The notes beneath the pieces were generated by a model. That model had not been told where the DNA came from. It saw nothing but the letters and a program-made list of their open reading frames with translations, and did no database searches. A stretch of DNA of 63,580 bases, the filler included. It is 8 parts of 8 records of this genome, joined end to end, with 100 filler letters (N's around TTAATTAATTAA, not from the genome) between each part and the next. Parts side by side here need not be neighbours in the genome. Positions count along the whole stretch, not along the records: positions 1 to 6,401 come from SRR31147125_27983; positions 6,502 to 11,640 come from SRR31147125_28000; 6 more parts are not named here. The stretch is one strand, 5' to 3'. Positions within the stretch are counted from its first letter, which is position 1, and every line of letters starts with the position of its first letter. This document shows, piece after piece, positions 1 through 10,305 of this stretch. Both the position numbers and the translations under genes were made by a program.

Positions 1-248
1 GTTGCAGAAGCAAGCTCATAGGCTTGGCTAAGGCTTTCTTGTGCCAATTTGGTGGCATCTTTGGCCGAGGCCATTGCTTCTTGTTGTTTAATTTCAGCAG
101 CTTCTGCTGCATCAGAATCTAGCTTCAAATCCGCAATCTTATTGGTTGGATCGTAGCCTGTGGCACTTAGCACACTTGATTGATTTTCTAACAGCAGAAT
201 TAACTGGATAACAAAATCCCGTTTACGGGCATCACTTAAAGTAGTCAT
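1..248 (-). CDS. Hypothetical alanine-rich helical protein, 5' part (runs off window start); absent from ORF track
   Basis: ATG at 248 opens an uninterrupted frame MTTLSDARKRDFVIQLILLLENQSSVLSATGYDPTNKIADLKLDSDAAEAAEIKQQEAMASAKDATKLAQESLSQAYELAS... Confidence 0.7.
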   Translation of the reverse strand, partial: MTTLSDARKRDFVIQLILLLENQSSVLSATGYDPTNKIADLKLDSDAAEAAEIKQQEAMASAKDATKLAQESLSQAYELASA

Positions 249-341
249 GTTAACTAATTTTTGGTTTTTAAAATTTCCAAACCAACACAATTTGATCGGG
301 TAAATGGGGTGGTTGGAATACTATCAAAAGCAAGATAAGTA

Positions 342-349
342 TACTTTTG
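342..349 (+). promoter_or_regulatory. Possible Bacteroidota -7 promoter element (TAnnTTTG)
   Basis: TACTTTTG about 100 bp upstream of the 451 ORF. Confidence 0.3.
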
Positions 350-450
350 TTAAATGTCAATATATTTGAATGTCCGCATTCAAAAAAGAATAAACATTCT
401 TCATTTTTTTGTAAATTTAATCTTCATTATTGTAATAAAAATTACCCCAA

Positions 451-2751
451 ATGAAAAACCACCGATTAACCATTGGCATTCTTCTGCTATTTGTATCCTG
501 CTTAATTGCAATTCAGGTATGGATTTCATGGAAAAACAAACAACTTGTTCTGGAAACCCTCAATGAACTTGAAAAAACTCAGGTAATTGAATCGCCAGAT
601 AATTTCTCTGATAACAAACTCAGGGAAGAAATAATTGCACTTCGTATTGAGAATCGAAAGAAATCACTCTTTCTACATTCTTTCTTTACCAACTTTGGTA
701 CTGCCGTAAGCATTATTGTAGCTCTAACAGGCGGATACATTGCCTTTAACCAATTCATTAGTGAAAAGAAAAAGGAGAAGAATGAAAAATTTGGGAGTAT
801 TCTGAATGAATTATGGAAAGGTGTTATGAGTAACGACACCAATGTAAGGGCTGGATCTATCGCAGGGCTTCAACAATTTCTGAATGATGATCATGAACAA
901 TTTCATGAACGCGTGGGACTTGCACTTTCGATTGCCGGAAGAAGAAAGGACAATGACATGACAGTTATTCGAACATTAACATCGGTAGTAGAACACGCCT
1001 TTAAGTGTTATCCGGAAACCATGCAAAAAATTTCATGGCAAGAGCTTACATTATATCGTCCCGATTTTTCAGAATGTATATTGAATAATTTTGATCTTAG
1101 AGATTGTGCTCTACAAGAAGGCAAATTTTGCAAGGCAGAAATTACACACTGCAGGTTAAATGCGGCCAATTTTAAAGGATCTGATTTTACAAATGCAAAC
1201 CTTAGTTACAGCGATTTAGAATATGCCGATTTAGCCTTAACAAAATTTATTAATGCCAACCTAAGCAACTCAAAACTGTATAATGCAATGGTTGTTGATA
1301 TGAACTTACGCAATGCCAACCTTAAAAATGCAGCCTTATCGGAACATTTAACTGAATGGAAGCTTTTAAAAGAATGGCGAGATGCTAGCTACGATCCGAA
1401 AATTACAAGCTATCAGGAAAAATACTTGCCCCCCAAAGCCAAGGGGCATAAAGTTTTAATACTTATTTGGGAATACCCACCGCTTATTGCTGGTGGAGCC
1501 TGGACAGCAACATATCACATGATCAAGAACTTAAGAGAAAAAGGTGCTGATATTTCAGTAATTGTTCCCTGGCCAAATACCAAAATCGACAAAAAACTTT
1601 TTGGAAATGAGATTAAATTAATTGGCGTTGGAAAACAAAGCCAGAAAAAAGAAACAATGTTTTCGTCGTACGATAACAATTTTTATTCTCCTTATCACAA
1701 TGCATATTCATATGAACAGCAGGGATATTCTGTTTACAACAACTATTTTTCATCGTACAACCAGCCCGATGAATACATTAATACCTACTTAAAATCACCA
1801 TCTATTTTTCAAAAGATTAAAGAATTCAAAAAGAACACATTGGAGTGTATATTAAAAGAAGAATTAAAATTTGATGTTATTCACGCTGTTGACTGGATCA
1901 CATTTGATACCGCCAATTTTATTGCCGAACAACAATTAATCCCTTGGGTTGCTCATTACCATAGCATCGAATCTGAGCGTCATGACAAGATTAGCAATTC
2001 GATACGGAATATCGAACAAAAAGCAAGTATCCATTCTTCAAAAATTCTGGTACCAAGTAGTGTTAGTAAAAATAATTTACTGAAAGAATATAATGTAGAT
2101 GAAAAGAAAGTTAGTATCGCTTATAATTGTTTGTCTGAAGAACACATGGATCAGATGACCATTGGCGAATTTGGTTCAAAAACGGTTGGGTTTGCTGGAA
2201 GAATAACCTGGCAAAAAGGACCCGATATCTTTTTAAAAATTGCTCGTGAATTAAAAGCTATAAACTCAGCTTATAAGTTTGTGATGTATGGAGAATCCGA
2301 CACCCAAACGCAAAACCTGATCAATAGTCTCAATTATATTGAAAATAATAACGAGAACTCATATTACTCATACAACATCAAACTGGCAGAGATTAAAGGA
2401 TTTGTAAATTGGTATGAACGAAAAAAAATGTTTGAAAATATGTCAGCAATCATCGTTCCTTCACGATATGAGCCTTTTGGAATGATTGTGCTTGAAGCAA
2501 TGCAATATGGAGTTCCTGTGTTTTATGCAAGTTCGGCTGGCGTTTCTGAAGTAATTAAATCTGGCTGTCGAATTGAGATTAATGAAGACCCCACGAGTCT
2601 TGCAGAAACGATAAATGGTATTTTAAAAGATGAAGCGAAATGGGAGAAAATGACAAAAGAACAATGCGAGGAACTAAAAAACTATTCCGACAGAGCTTAT
2701 GAAGATGATATTTATTCAAGCTGGGAAGAAGTTATAGAAGGGAATTCTTAA
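451..2751 (+). CDS. Membrane-anchored pentapeptide-repeat protein fused to a GT4 (GT-B) glycosyltransferase
   Basis: Two N-terminal hydrophobic helices; A(N/D)L/FxxA pentapeptide repeats (LNAANFKGSDFTNANLSYSDLEYADL); GT4 motifs WEYPPLIAGG, DVIHAVDW, FAGRITWQKG, PSRYEPFGMIVLEAM. Confidence 0.85.
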   Translation: MKNHRLTIGILLLFVSCLIAIQVWISWKNKQLVLETLNELEKTQVIESPDNFSDNKLREEIIALRIENRKKSLFLHSFFTNFGTAVSIIVALTGGYIAFNQFISEKKKEKNEKFGSILNELWKGVMSNDTNVRAGSIAGLQQFLNDDHEQFHERVGLALSIAGRRKDNDMTVIRTLTSVVEHAFKCYPETMQKISWQELTLYRPDFSECILNNFDLRDCALQEGKFCKAEITHCRLNAANFKGSDFTNANLSYSDLEYADLALTKFINANLSNSKLYNAMVVDMNLRNANLKNAALSEHLTEWKLLKEWRDASYDPKITSYQEKYLPPKAKGHKVLILIWEYPPLIAGGAWTATYHMIKNLREKGADISVIVPWPNTKIDKKLFGNEIKLIGVGKQSQKKETMFSSYDNNFYSPYHNAYSYEQQGYSVYNNYFSSYNQPDEYINTYLKSPSIFQKIKEFKKNTLECILKEELKFDVIHAVDWITFDTANFIAEQQLIPWVAHYHSIESERHDKISNSIRNIEQKASIHSSKILVPSSVSKNNLLKEYNVDEKKVSIAYNCLSEEHMDQMTIGEFGSKTVGFAGRITWQKGPDIFLKIARELKAINSAYKFVMYGESDTQTQNLINSLNYIENNNENSYYSYNIKLAEIKGFVNWYERKKMFENMSAIIVPSRYEPFGMIVLEAMQYGVPVFYASSAGVSEVIKSGCRIEINEDPTSLAETINGILKDEAKWEKMTKEQCEELKNYSDRAYEDDIYSSWEEVIEGNS

Positions 2752-2771
2752 TAATTAGAGGTTAAAAATTA

Positions 2772-3116
2772 TCAAATTCGTTCCAGAACAAATACACCAC
2801 AAACTTCCTCACTGTCGTAAGTAGAGCCCACCAGCTTATTGTTCGAAATCAGGTGTAGTTCAAAATTATTAGGCAAATAATCAATTGCCTTGTTGTTTTG
2901 AGTAGCTGTTACGTTGAAACTTTTCAGTAATACTTTACCATCTGAAATTGTTCCTTTAACGCTTTCAGTCACATCTATTCGGTAGTCGTTCTCTACTTCT
3001 TCGGTGAAAGTAAAAACACCTGAAACTTCATTTCCAGACTGACTAAACTCAACTTTACCTTCCGACTTCCCATATTCAAAATCTTCTTTATATGTCCAAG
3101 ATCCTGTTATATTCAT
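2772..3116 (-). CDS. Hypothetical protein (small, predicted beta-rich)
   Basis: 114-aa ORF convergent with the upstream gene; TAAGTTTG promoter-like motif at 3136-3129. Confidence 0.7.
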   Translation of the reverse strand: MNITGSWTYKEDFEYGKSEGKVEFSQSGNEVSGVFTFTEEVENDYRIDVTESVKGTISDGKVLLKSFNVTATQNNKAIDYLPNNFELHLISNNKLVGSTYDSEEVCGVFVLERI

Positions 3117-3352
3117 TCTTCTTTTTTACAAACTTAGCTATTTTATAATTTACACCTGATTTTGGAGCAAACACATTTTAAAATGAGATAATATGTGATT
3201 TAATGGAACAAATAAGGCTAAAGTTCTTTACAACAATATTTTACCTACAACAAAACATACATTGGCACTCCGTTTTCTATTCATTGTCTTTTGTTCCTAT
3301 TTAGTTTGTTATTAATAGCTTATTTTTTTGTTTTTTCATTCTTTAATTTTAT

Positions 3353-3360
3353 TACATTTG
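3353..3360 (+). promoter_or_regulatory. Possible Bacteroidota -7 promoter element for the polyamine operon
   Basis: TACATTTG matches TAnnTTTG, about 130 bp upstream of 3489. Confidence 0.35.
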
Positions 3361-3488
3361 TCCACCTTTTTTTCAGAATTATAAGACATTGAACTATTAT
3401 ATTTTGGATATCAGGAATTTATAAGTGTTTTTATGAGTGAATTAAACGAATGATTCACTCCATTTTTTACTTTTTATGATTAAAAAAA

Positions 3489-4691
3489 ATGAACAAGGTT
3501 CTTATTATTGGAGCTGGAGGAGTAAGTAATGTAGTAGTGCATAAATGCGCAGCTCTTCCTGAGGTATTTGGCGAGATTATTTTAGCCTCTCGTACCAAAA
3601 GCAAATGCGATGCTATCGCAAAATCGGTTAAAGAAAAAATAGGCAAAGAGATTTTAACCGAATCTTTGGATGCTGACCAAACCGAAAACACGGTTGCTCT
3701 CATCCGTAAACACCAACCCAAATTAGTCATTAATGTAGCATTACCTTATCAAGATTTGGTAATAATGGACGCTTGTTTAGAAACCGGAGTACATTATCTT
3801 GATACGGCAAACTATGAACCCAAAGACGAGGCTAAATTTGAATACAAATGGCAATGGGCTTATCAGGAACGGTTTAAAAATGCAGGTTTAATGGCCTTAC
3901 TAGGAAGTGGATTTGATCCAGGTGTTACGAATATGTTTTGTGCCTATGCGCAAAAACACTTGTTCGATGAAATTCATACCATCGATATTGTAGATTGTAA
4001 TGGAGGTGATCATGGAAAAGCGTTCGCAACAAATTTCAACCCAGAGATTAACATTCGTGAAATAACTGCCCGTGGACGTTATTGGGAAGAAGGAGATTGG
4101 AAAAGTACCGACCCACTTTCTGTAAAACAAGACTTTGATTTTCCGGGTGTAGGTACTCGTAAGATGTACTTAATGTACCATGAGGAAATGGAATCTTTAT
4201 GCCAGAATATTAAGGGATTAAAACGCATCCGGTTTTGGATGACTTTTGGAGAAGAATACTTAACACACCTACGTGTTATTAAAAATCTTGGACTAGACCG
4301 AATTGATGAGGTAGATTATAAAGGTCAAAAAGTTGTTCCTCTTGAGTTTTTAAAAAGTTTGTTACCTGATCCAGGATCTCTGGCAGAAAACTATACAGGA
4401 AAAACATCTATTGGCTGCGTAATAGAAGGAATTAAAGACGGTGAAAAAGTTCGCAAATTTATTTACAATATTTGCGATCACGAAGAAACATATAAGGAAG
4501 TTGGTTCACAGGCCGTTTCCTACACAACGGGTGTTCCTGCAATGATTGGAGCTAAAATGATTTTGGAAGGTCATTGGAAAAAAGAAGGAGTTTATAATAT
4601 GGAACAGTTAGATCCAGACCTTTTTATGGATGATTTAAACAAGTATGGCTTACCTTGGCATATAGAAGAATGGAGCAGTTCGGTGGAATAA
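3489..4691 (+). CDS. Carboxy(nor)spermidine dehydrogenase (saccharopine dehydrogenase family)
   Basis: GAGGV Rossmann motif, NVALPYQDL, YLDTANYEP, GSGFDPG, FATNFNPEIN; directly upstream of nspC. Confidence 0.92.
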   Translation: MNKVLIIGAGGVSNVVVHKCAALPEVFGEIILASRTKSKCDAIAKSVKEKIGKEILTESLDADQTENTVALIRKHQPKLVINVALPYQDLVIMDACLETGVHYLDTANYEPKDEAKFEYKWQWAYQERFKNAGLMALLGSGFDPGVTNMFCAYAQKHLFDEIHTIDIVDCNGGDHGKAFATNFNPEINIREITARGRYWEEGDWKSTDPLSVKQDFDFPGVGTRKMYLMYHEEMESLCQNIKGLKRIRFWMTFGEEYLTHLRVIKNLGLDRIDEVDYKGQKVVPLEFLKSLLPDPGSLAENYTGKTSIGCVIEGIKDGEKVRKFIYNICDHEETYKEVGSQAVSYTTGVPAMIGAKMILEGHWKKEGVYNMEQLDPDLFMDDLNKYGLPWHIEEWSSSVE

Positions 4692-5839
4692 ACTTCACAC
4701 AACAAGAATTGGCAAGTTTGCAAACACCTTGTTATGTTGTTAACGAAACACAACTGGAGCGTAATCTCCAGTTGTTACAATATGTGCAAGAAAAGGCTGA
4801 CTGTAAAATCCTGTTAGCCTTTAAAGGATTCGCCATGTGGAGCTTAGCTCCCTTGATTCGAAAATATCTTCCTGGCACTTCTGCAAGCTCAGTGTGTGAA
4901 GCAAAACTGGGACGTGAAATGTTCGGTGGGGAATTACATGTATATGCACCTGCCTTTTCTGATGCAGATATGGCTGAACATGTTAAAATAGCAAACCACA
5001 TTGTTTTTAACAGTTCCTCTCAATTTAGTCGCTTTAAATCAGTATTGGAAAAACACCCACAAATTAAAACAGCCATTCGAGTTAATCCGGAACATTCTGA
5101 AACAGACACTTCTATTTATGACCCTAGTGGTCAGTATAGTCGACTAGGTACAACCTTGAAAAATTTAAAAAACAACATTAAAGATATAGAGGGAATATCG
5201 GGTTTGCATTTTCATAACTTATGCGAATTAAATGCCGATGCCCTGGAAAGAACACTCGCTGTTGTTGAAGAAAAGTTTAGCTTCTTATTTGATCGTTTAT
5301 CATGGATTAATTTTGGTGGCGGTCATCATATTACACGACCTGATTATGCCATTGATCATTTAATCGAAATTATTAAAGATTTCAAAAACAAGTATCAGCT
5401 CGAAGTGTATTTAGAACCGGGAGAGGCCATTGCTTTAAACACAGGTATATTAGTTTCTACTGTTGAAGATGTGATTTATAACGAAGTGAATATTGCTATT
5501 TTGGATACCTCTGCAACTGCTCATATGCCCGATGTATTAGAAATGCCTTATCGCCCATATATAAAGGATGCCGACGAGCCCAATATAAAAGCAAACACTT
5601 ATCGATTGGGCGGAGTAACATGTTTGGCTGGCGATGTGATAGGCGACTATAGCTTTAATAACAAACTTAAAGTTGGGGATAGATTAATATTTGGAGACAT
5701 GGCACATTATACCATGGTTAAAAACAGTACTTTTAACGGTGTAACCCTGCCTTCAATTTATATCTATAATCAGGAAACGGATAAGTGCCGTTTAGTAAAA
5801 CATTTCTCTTACAAGGACTACAAGAATCGATTGAGTTAA
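4670..5839 (+). CDS. nspC: Carboxy(nor)spermidine decarboxylase
   Basis: TPCYV, LAFKGF (PLP lysine), GLHFHNLCE, NFGGGHHIT, HMPDVLEMPYRP, TCLAGD, HYTMVK; ATG at 4670 preferred over TTG at 4655. Confidence 0.93.
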   Translation: MEQFGGINFTQQELASLQTPCYVVNETQLERNLQLLQYVQEKADCKILLAFKGFAMWSLAPLIRKYLPGTSASSVCEAKLGREMFGGELHVYAPAFSDADMAEHVKIANHIVFNSSSQFSRFKSVLEKHPQIKTAIRVNPEHSETDTSIYDPSGQYSRLGTTLKNLKNNIKDIEGISGLHFHNLCELNADALERTLAVVEEKFSFLFDRLSWINFGGGHHITRPDYAIDHLIEIIKDFKNKYQLEVYLEPGEAIALNTGILVSTVEDVIYNEVNIAILDTSATAHMPDVLEMPYRPYIKDADEPNIKANTYRLGGVTCLAGDVIGDYSFNNKLKVGDRLIFGDMAHYTMVKNSTFNGVTLPSIYIYNQETDKCRLVKHFSYKDYKNRLS

Positions 5840-5850
5840 AAAAATTAGTA

Positions 5851-6401
5851 ATGGATTATACTAACTATTTTTGTGGAGAAGATGGCTATTGCACCGATTA
5901 CAACAAAGCTTCGATTGCCATATTGCCTGTTCCTTACGATGGAACAAGTACTTGGATAAAAGGTTCCGACAACGGACCTGCGGCACTTATCGAAGCATCG
6001 GGAACACTTGAAATGTTGGATATTGAGACAGGTACAGATATCTCTAAAAAAGGCATTTTCACCTTAGCTCCTATTGCGGAAAATCAATCTCCTGAGAAAA
6101 TGAGTACAGCAGTAGAGCTTGCTATTGCTCAACTTATACACGATGACAAATTTCCTGTGGTAATAGGTGGTGAACACTCTGTTAGTATTGGTGCATTCAA
6201 AGCGATGGCCAAACACTACAACAACATTACTTTTTTACAGTTTGATGCGCATGCAGACTTGCGTAAGTCATACGAAGGCTCTTCGTACAACCACGCCTGC
6301 GCTATGCATAAAGCAAAGGAACTGGCACCAATTGTTCAAGTAGGCATTCGCAGCATGTGTGAGGAAGAACGTGTTTATATTGACGAAGAAAAGATGTTCT
6401 T
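5851..6401 (+). CDS. speB: Agmatinase, 5' part (truncated by contig end)
   Basis: Ureohydrolase motifs PVPYDGT, GGEHSVS, FDAHADLR, VGIRS; in the polyamine operon. Confidence 0.88.
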
Positions 6402-6501
6402 NNNNNNNNNNNNNNNNNNNNNNNNNNNNNNNNNNNNNNNNNNNNTTAATTAATTAANNNNNNNNNNNNNNNNNNNNNNNNNNNNNNNNNNNNNNNNNNN
6501 N
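6402..6501. other. Artificial contig linker
   Basis: N44-TTAATTAATTAA-N44 (stops in all six frames). Confidence 0.99.
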
Positions 6502-7083
6502 AAAGGTAATTTTCATCTGAATTTTGGTCCAATAAATATTGCTGAATTACCTCTCCTATTTTCTTAATTGCAATGGTAAGCTGATGATCGATCGTTTTTA
6601 CAGAAATACTCAACAACTCGGCAATTTCTTTATACTTCATCTGCTCAACTTTAGCCATTTTGTATATCAACTTGCAACGTGGAGGTAAAGTTTCAATTGC
6701 TTTTTCAATGGTTTGTTTTAGCTCTTTTGTTATCAGGTCGGTTTCCGGACATATTCGATCTACTCCCAAGTCAACCTCAACATCGTCAAGCGACACCGCT
6801 TTTTTCCGCTTAAGTTCATCAAGATAGTTAAGTGATGTGTTATACGTTGCCTTAAAAGATAAGCCTTAAGATTAATATCTTGATTGAGAGAATCTCGGTT
6901 AAGCCAAAGTTTAAACATCACATCTGAAACTGCTTCTTCAGCTAAATATTTATTTTTAAGGAAAGACATTGAGAATTGGAAAAGACGTCCCGCAAAGTAA
7001 TCAAATAATTCTTTGAACGCTTTTTCATCGTCAACCTGACTTATTCGGCTAACTAAATTTCTCAGATATTCCTCTTGTTTCAA
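6502..7083 (-). CDS. ECF RNA polymerase sigma-70 factor (Bacteroidota type), apparent frameshift at 6854-6857, 3' truncated
   Basis: DEKAFKELFDYF..AEEAVSDVMFKLW (region 2); one extra T gives AYLFKATYNTSLNYL and joins region 4 (LPPRCKLIYKMAK..YKEIAELLSISVKTIDHQL). Confidence 0.85.
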
Positions 7084-7233
7084 ACCTTTGGTTTTTTGTA
7101 AAAATGTGAAAAATAATCAAAACTGCAATACCTGCTTGCTTCTACTCCGTCCAACATAAATAAACTTAAAAGAATAAACGAAAGGTTTTGTGTAACCAAA
7201 TGCACCATTTAAGTTGACATTACAAATGCAATA

Positions 7234-7267
7234 AAACTCCTGCGAATATTACTATTCACAGGAGTTT
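7234..7267 (-). terminator. Probable intrinsic terminator after GH2 gene
   Basis: Hairpin AAACTCCTG-cgaatattactattca-CAGGAGTTT, followed by a T-run on the minus strand. Confidence 0.65.
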
Positions 7268-7316
7268 ATCATTCTAAACCTAACAAAAATAACTGTTTAC
7301 ACAAAGCAGTTTTTAA

Positions 7317-9155
7317 TTACTGCTCACCATAAACTTGATTATTTATCTTTTTTACTTTCTCTACTTCCATCTTAATAATCTCACGATCATAAGTCATTAA
7401 TCCATTAACTTCACCTTCAACATCTGTTGTTTGTGTATAAACAGCTGCAGCAAGACCTTTTTTAATGAGTGCCGGTATTTTTTCAATCAACTTCCCATAA
7501 GATTCAACAAGCTGATTTCTATCGTCATAATTCCGATATCCCCAGTTTCTATCTTTTTGCCAAAGATGATCTTTCAATGGTAAACCTAAACCACCAAACT
7601 CACCTAAAACAAGCACCCTTCCATTCATAATTTCAGGAGCATGAATATTCAAATCAGGCATTCCGGGACCGGGATATTGGTGCTGATCAACAGTATGTCC
7701 AGCTGGGAAGAAGTTTCCTCCACTAGGGCCATTAACCAAACGACTTGGATCGTATGCCATTGTCCAGTTAATAATTTCCACTGTATTGAATTGTCCCCAA
7801 GCTTCGTTAAATGGTACCCACATTACAATAGAAGGGAAATGATGGAAATCATCCATAATTGCTTTCCACTCTTTTTTATACTGATGAGCAGACTGTGCCG
7901 TTCTATTCATCTCCCTGCCATCATATCCACAAGGTCCACGCCAGTCAGCACTTTTGTCACCATTAGGCATGTCCTGCCAAACAAGCATGCCCATTTTATC
8001 GCAATGGTAATACCAACGAGCTGGTTCAACTTTTACATGTTTACGAATCATATTAAAACCACTGTTTTGAGTGATTTCAATATCGTACTTTAGAGCTTCA
8101 TCTGATGGAGCAGTATACAATCCATCCGGCCACCAGCCTTGATCCAGAGTTCCTAAATGAAATACCGGCTTGTTGTTTAAATATAAACGTTCATGACCAT
8201 CTTCACCTACTCCAACACTAATTTTGCGCATAGCAAAATAACTTTCAACCTGATCAAGTTTTTTACCACCTTTTTCGAGTGTGATTTTCAGATCATATAA
8301 AAATGGGCTAACCGTTGACCAAAGTTTTGGGTTTTTAAGTTCTAAGCTTAATTCTGAATTCAATTCTCCTGAAACAGTTGCCACTTTTTTCTTTCCATCA
8401 AAAGCTTCAAGCTTTAGTTTGTATCCTTTTGTTGCTTTTATTTTTCCATCAATAAATACACTTAAGCTGTTATTATCCACATCCGGAGTTACTTTAATCG
8501 ATGCTATAGATTGTTGAGAAACCGGCTCAATCCAAACGGTTTGCCAAATTCCTGAAACCGGAGTATACCAAATTCCTTCTGGTCGTGTAACCTGTTTTCC
8601 ACGAGCCTGGGTTCCCTGACTTGTTGGATCCCAAACTGAGACTACAAGTTCCTGATCGCCTGAAGAGTTTAAAGCTTTTGTTATATCAAAACTAAACGGG
8701 TCGAAACCTCCCTGATGGCTACCAACCTTGATACCATTCACATATACATTAGTTTCCCAATCTACTGCCCCAAAGTTTAATAAGACATCTTTTCCTTTCC
8801 AATCTGCAGGAACTGTAAATGTACGTTTGTACCAGAGCAGATTTTTATCGCTAATTCTCTTTTTAACACCAGACAATGCTGATTCCACAGGATAGGGAAC
8901 CAAGATTTTACCGTCATAATTTGTTGGCTCTTCCAGGTCATTGTCAACAATTGCATAGTCCCAAAGTCCATTTAGGTTTAGCCATTGTTCACGCACCATT
9001 TGCGGACGCGGATATTCCGGCAATACGGCTTCAGGGTTTACTTCTTTAGCCCATTTTGTTACAATGTTATCTGTTTTTAACTCCCATTTTTCCTGAGCAA
9101 AAACAGTTGAAATTGTAAGTAATGCAATTAAAACTGATAGATTAAATTTCTTCAT
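7317..9155 (-). CDS. Glycoside hydrolase family 2 (beta-galactosidase-like), secreted
   Basis: Signal peptide; PEYPRPQ, WLNLNGLWDY, LNFGAVDW, LDQGWWPDG, FNMIRKHVKVEP, WVPFNEAWGQ, GEFGG. Confidence 0.92.
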   Translation of the reverse strand: MKKFNLSVLIALLTISTVFAQEKWELKTDNIVTKWAKEVNPEAVLPEYPRPQMVREQWLNLNGLWDYAIVDNDLEEPTNYDGKILVPYPVESALSGVKKRISDKNLLWYKRTFTVPADWKGKDVLLNFGAVDWETNVYVNGIKVGSHQGGFDPFSFDITKALNSSGDQELVVSVWDPTSQGTQARGKQVTRPEGIWYTPVSGIWQTVWIEPVSQQSIASIKVTPDVDNNSLSVFIDGKIKATKGYKLKLEAFDGKKKVATVSGELNSELSLELKNPKLWSTVSPFLYDLKITLEKGGKKLDQVESYFAMRKISVGVGEDGHERLYLNNKPVFHLGTLDQGWWPDGLYTAPSDEALKYDIEITQNSGFNMIRKHVKVEPARWYYHCDKMGMLVWQDMPNGDKSADWRGPCGYDGREMNRTAQSAHQYKKEWKAIMDDFHHFPSIVMWVPFNEAWGQFNTVEIINWTMAYDPSRLVNGPSGGNFFPAGHTVDQHQYPGPGMPDLNIHAPEIMNGRVLVLGEFGGLGLPLKDHLWQKDRNWGYRNYDDRNQLVESYGKLIEKIPALIKKGLAAAVYTQTTDVEGEVNGLMTYDREIIKMEVEKVKKINNQVYGEQ

Positions 9156-9164
9156 GATTAATAT

Positions 9165-10283
9165 TTAGTTTACAGAAAATTTATAAATACAAATTGAATA
9201 ATATTCTTCCCCTGGATTTAATTGAGTTGAAGGAAAATTGTGATGATTAGGGCTATCAGGGAAGTGTTGTGTTTCCAGGCAGAAAGCTGTACGATGTTCA
9301 TAGCTTAATTCATTTTTGCCGACATCACTTCCGTCTAAGAAATTCCCACCATAAAATTGCATACCCGGCTCATTGGTATAAACTTCAATGGCACGTCCAG
9401 AAGCCGGCTCGATAATTTTTGCGGCTAAACGCTCTAGCTGATTACCTGTATTTAAAACCCAGTTATGATCGTATCCCAAACCATACTTAAGCTGCTCGAA
9501 ATCCTGATTTACCCTTGCCCCAATAGCGATGGGTTCAGTAAAGTCCATTGGAGTACCATCTACCGATGCAATTTCACCTGTAGGAATCAAACCATCATCT
9601 ACAGGTGTATATTTATCAGCATTAATGAAAAGCTCATGATTATTAATACTTCCTTTACCAGCTCCATGCAGGTTAAAGAAACTATGATGAGTTAAATTAA
9701 CTACGGTAGAAGCATCTGTTGTTGCCCAATATTCAATTTTTAACTCATCATTATTCGTAAGTTGATAAACAACTTTAACTTGCAGGTTTCCGGGATATCC
9801 CCCCTCCATATCTTTCGACAGATAAGTCAGCTCAAGAGTTTGGTCATCAATTTGTTTTGCATTCCAAACAATATCGTTATAACCTTTAAACCCTCCATGA
9901 AGATGATTCACTCCATTGTTAACAGCTACGGTGTATTCTTTCCCATTGACTGAAAACTTTCCTTTTCCAATACGATTTCCATAGCGACCAATCAGAGCAC
10001 CAAAATAAATTTCGTTGCTATTTAAGTATCCATCAATGGATTCGTAACCAAGAACGATATCTTCAAAATTCCCCTTTCTGTCGGGAGTCCAAAGATTCAC
10101 AACACGACCACCATAGTTGGTAATTTGAGTTGCTATTCCATTTTCATTTTTCAATGTAAAAAGTCCTACATTTTTCCCATCGATCACCTTTTTAAAAGAT
10201 GATGCATCAATCAATTGATAAGCTTCAGGTGCTGCACATGAAGCAAACAAAACGATAATTAATCCAAGCAGATAATTTTTCAT
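9165..10283 (-). CDS. galM: Aldose 1-epimerase (galactose mutarotase), lipoprotein
   Basis: GRYGNRI, HLHGG, NLTHHSFFNL, YDHNW, FCLETQHFPDSPN; lipobox FASC. Confidence 0.93.
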   Translation of the reverse strand: MKNYLLGLIIVLFASCAAPEAYQLIDASSFKKVIDGKNVGLFTLKNENGIATQITNYGGRVVNLWTPDRKGNFEDIVLGYESIDGYLNSNEIYFGALIGRYGNRIGKGKFSVNGKEYTVAVNNGVNHLHGGFKGYNDIVWNAKQIDDQTLELTYLSKDMEGGYPGNLQVKVVYQLTNNDELKIEYWATTDASTVVNLTHHSFFNLHGAGKGSINNHELFINADKYTPVDDGLIPTGEIASVDGTPMDFTEPIAIGARVNQDFEQLKYGLGYDHNWVLNTGNQLERLAAKIIEPASGRAIEVYTNEPGMQFYGGNFLDGSDVGKNELSYEHRTAFCLETQHFPDSPNHHNFPSTQLNPGEEYYSICIYKFSVN

Positions 10284-10305
10284 TATATAAATTTTATGAG
10301 TAATT

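Noticed and set aside
3489-6401. CASDH-nspC-speB operon as a novel system
   Set aside because: Established alternative spermidine biosynthesis pathway.
6760-7083. Programmed frameshift or phase variation in the ECF sigma gene
   Set aside because: The run is short (4 nt) and shows the same deletion pattern as unrelated genes, so sequencing error is more likely.
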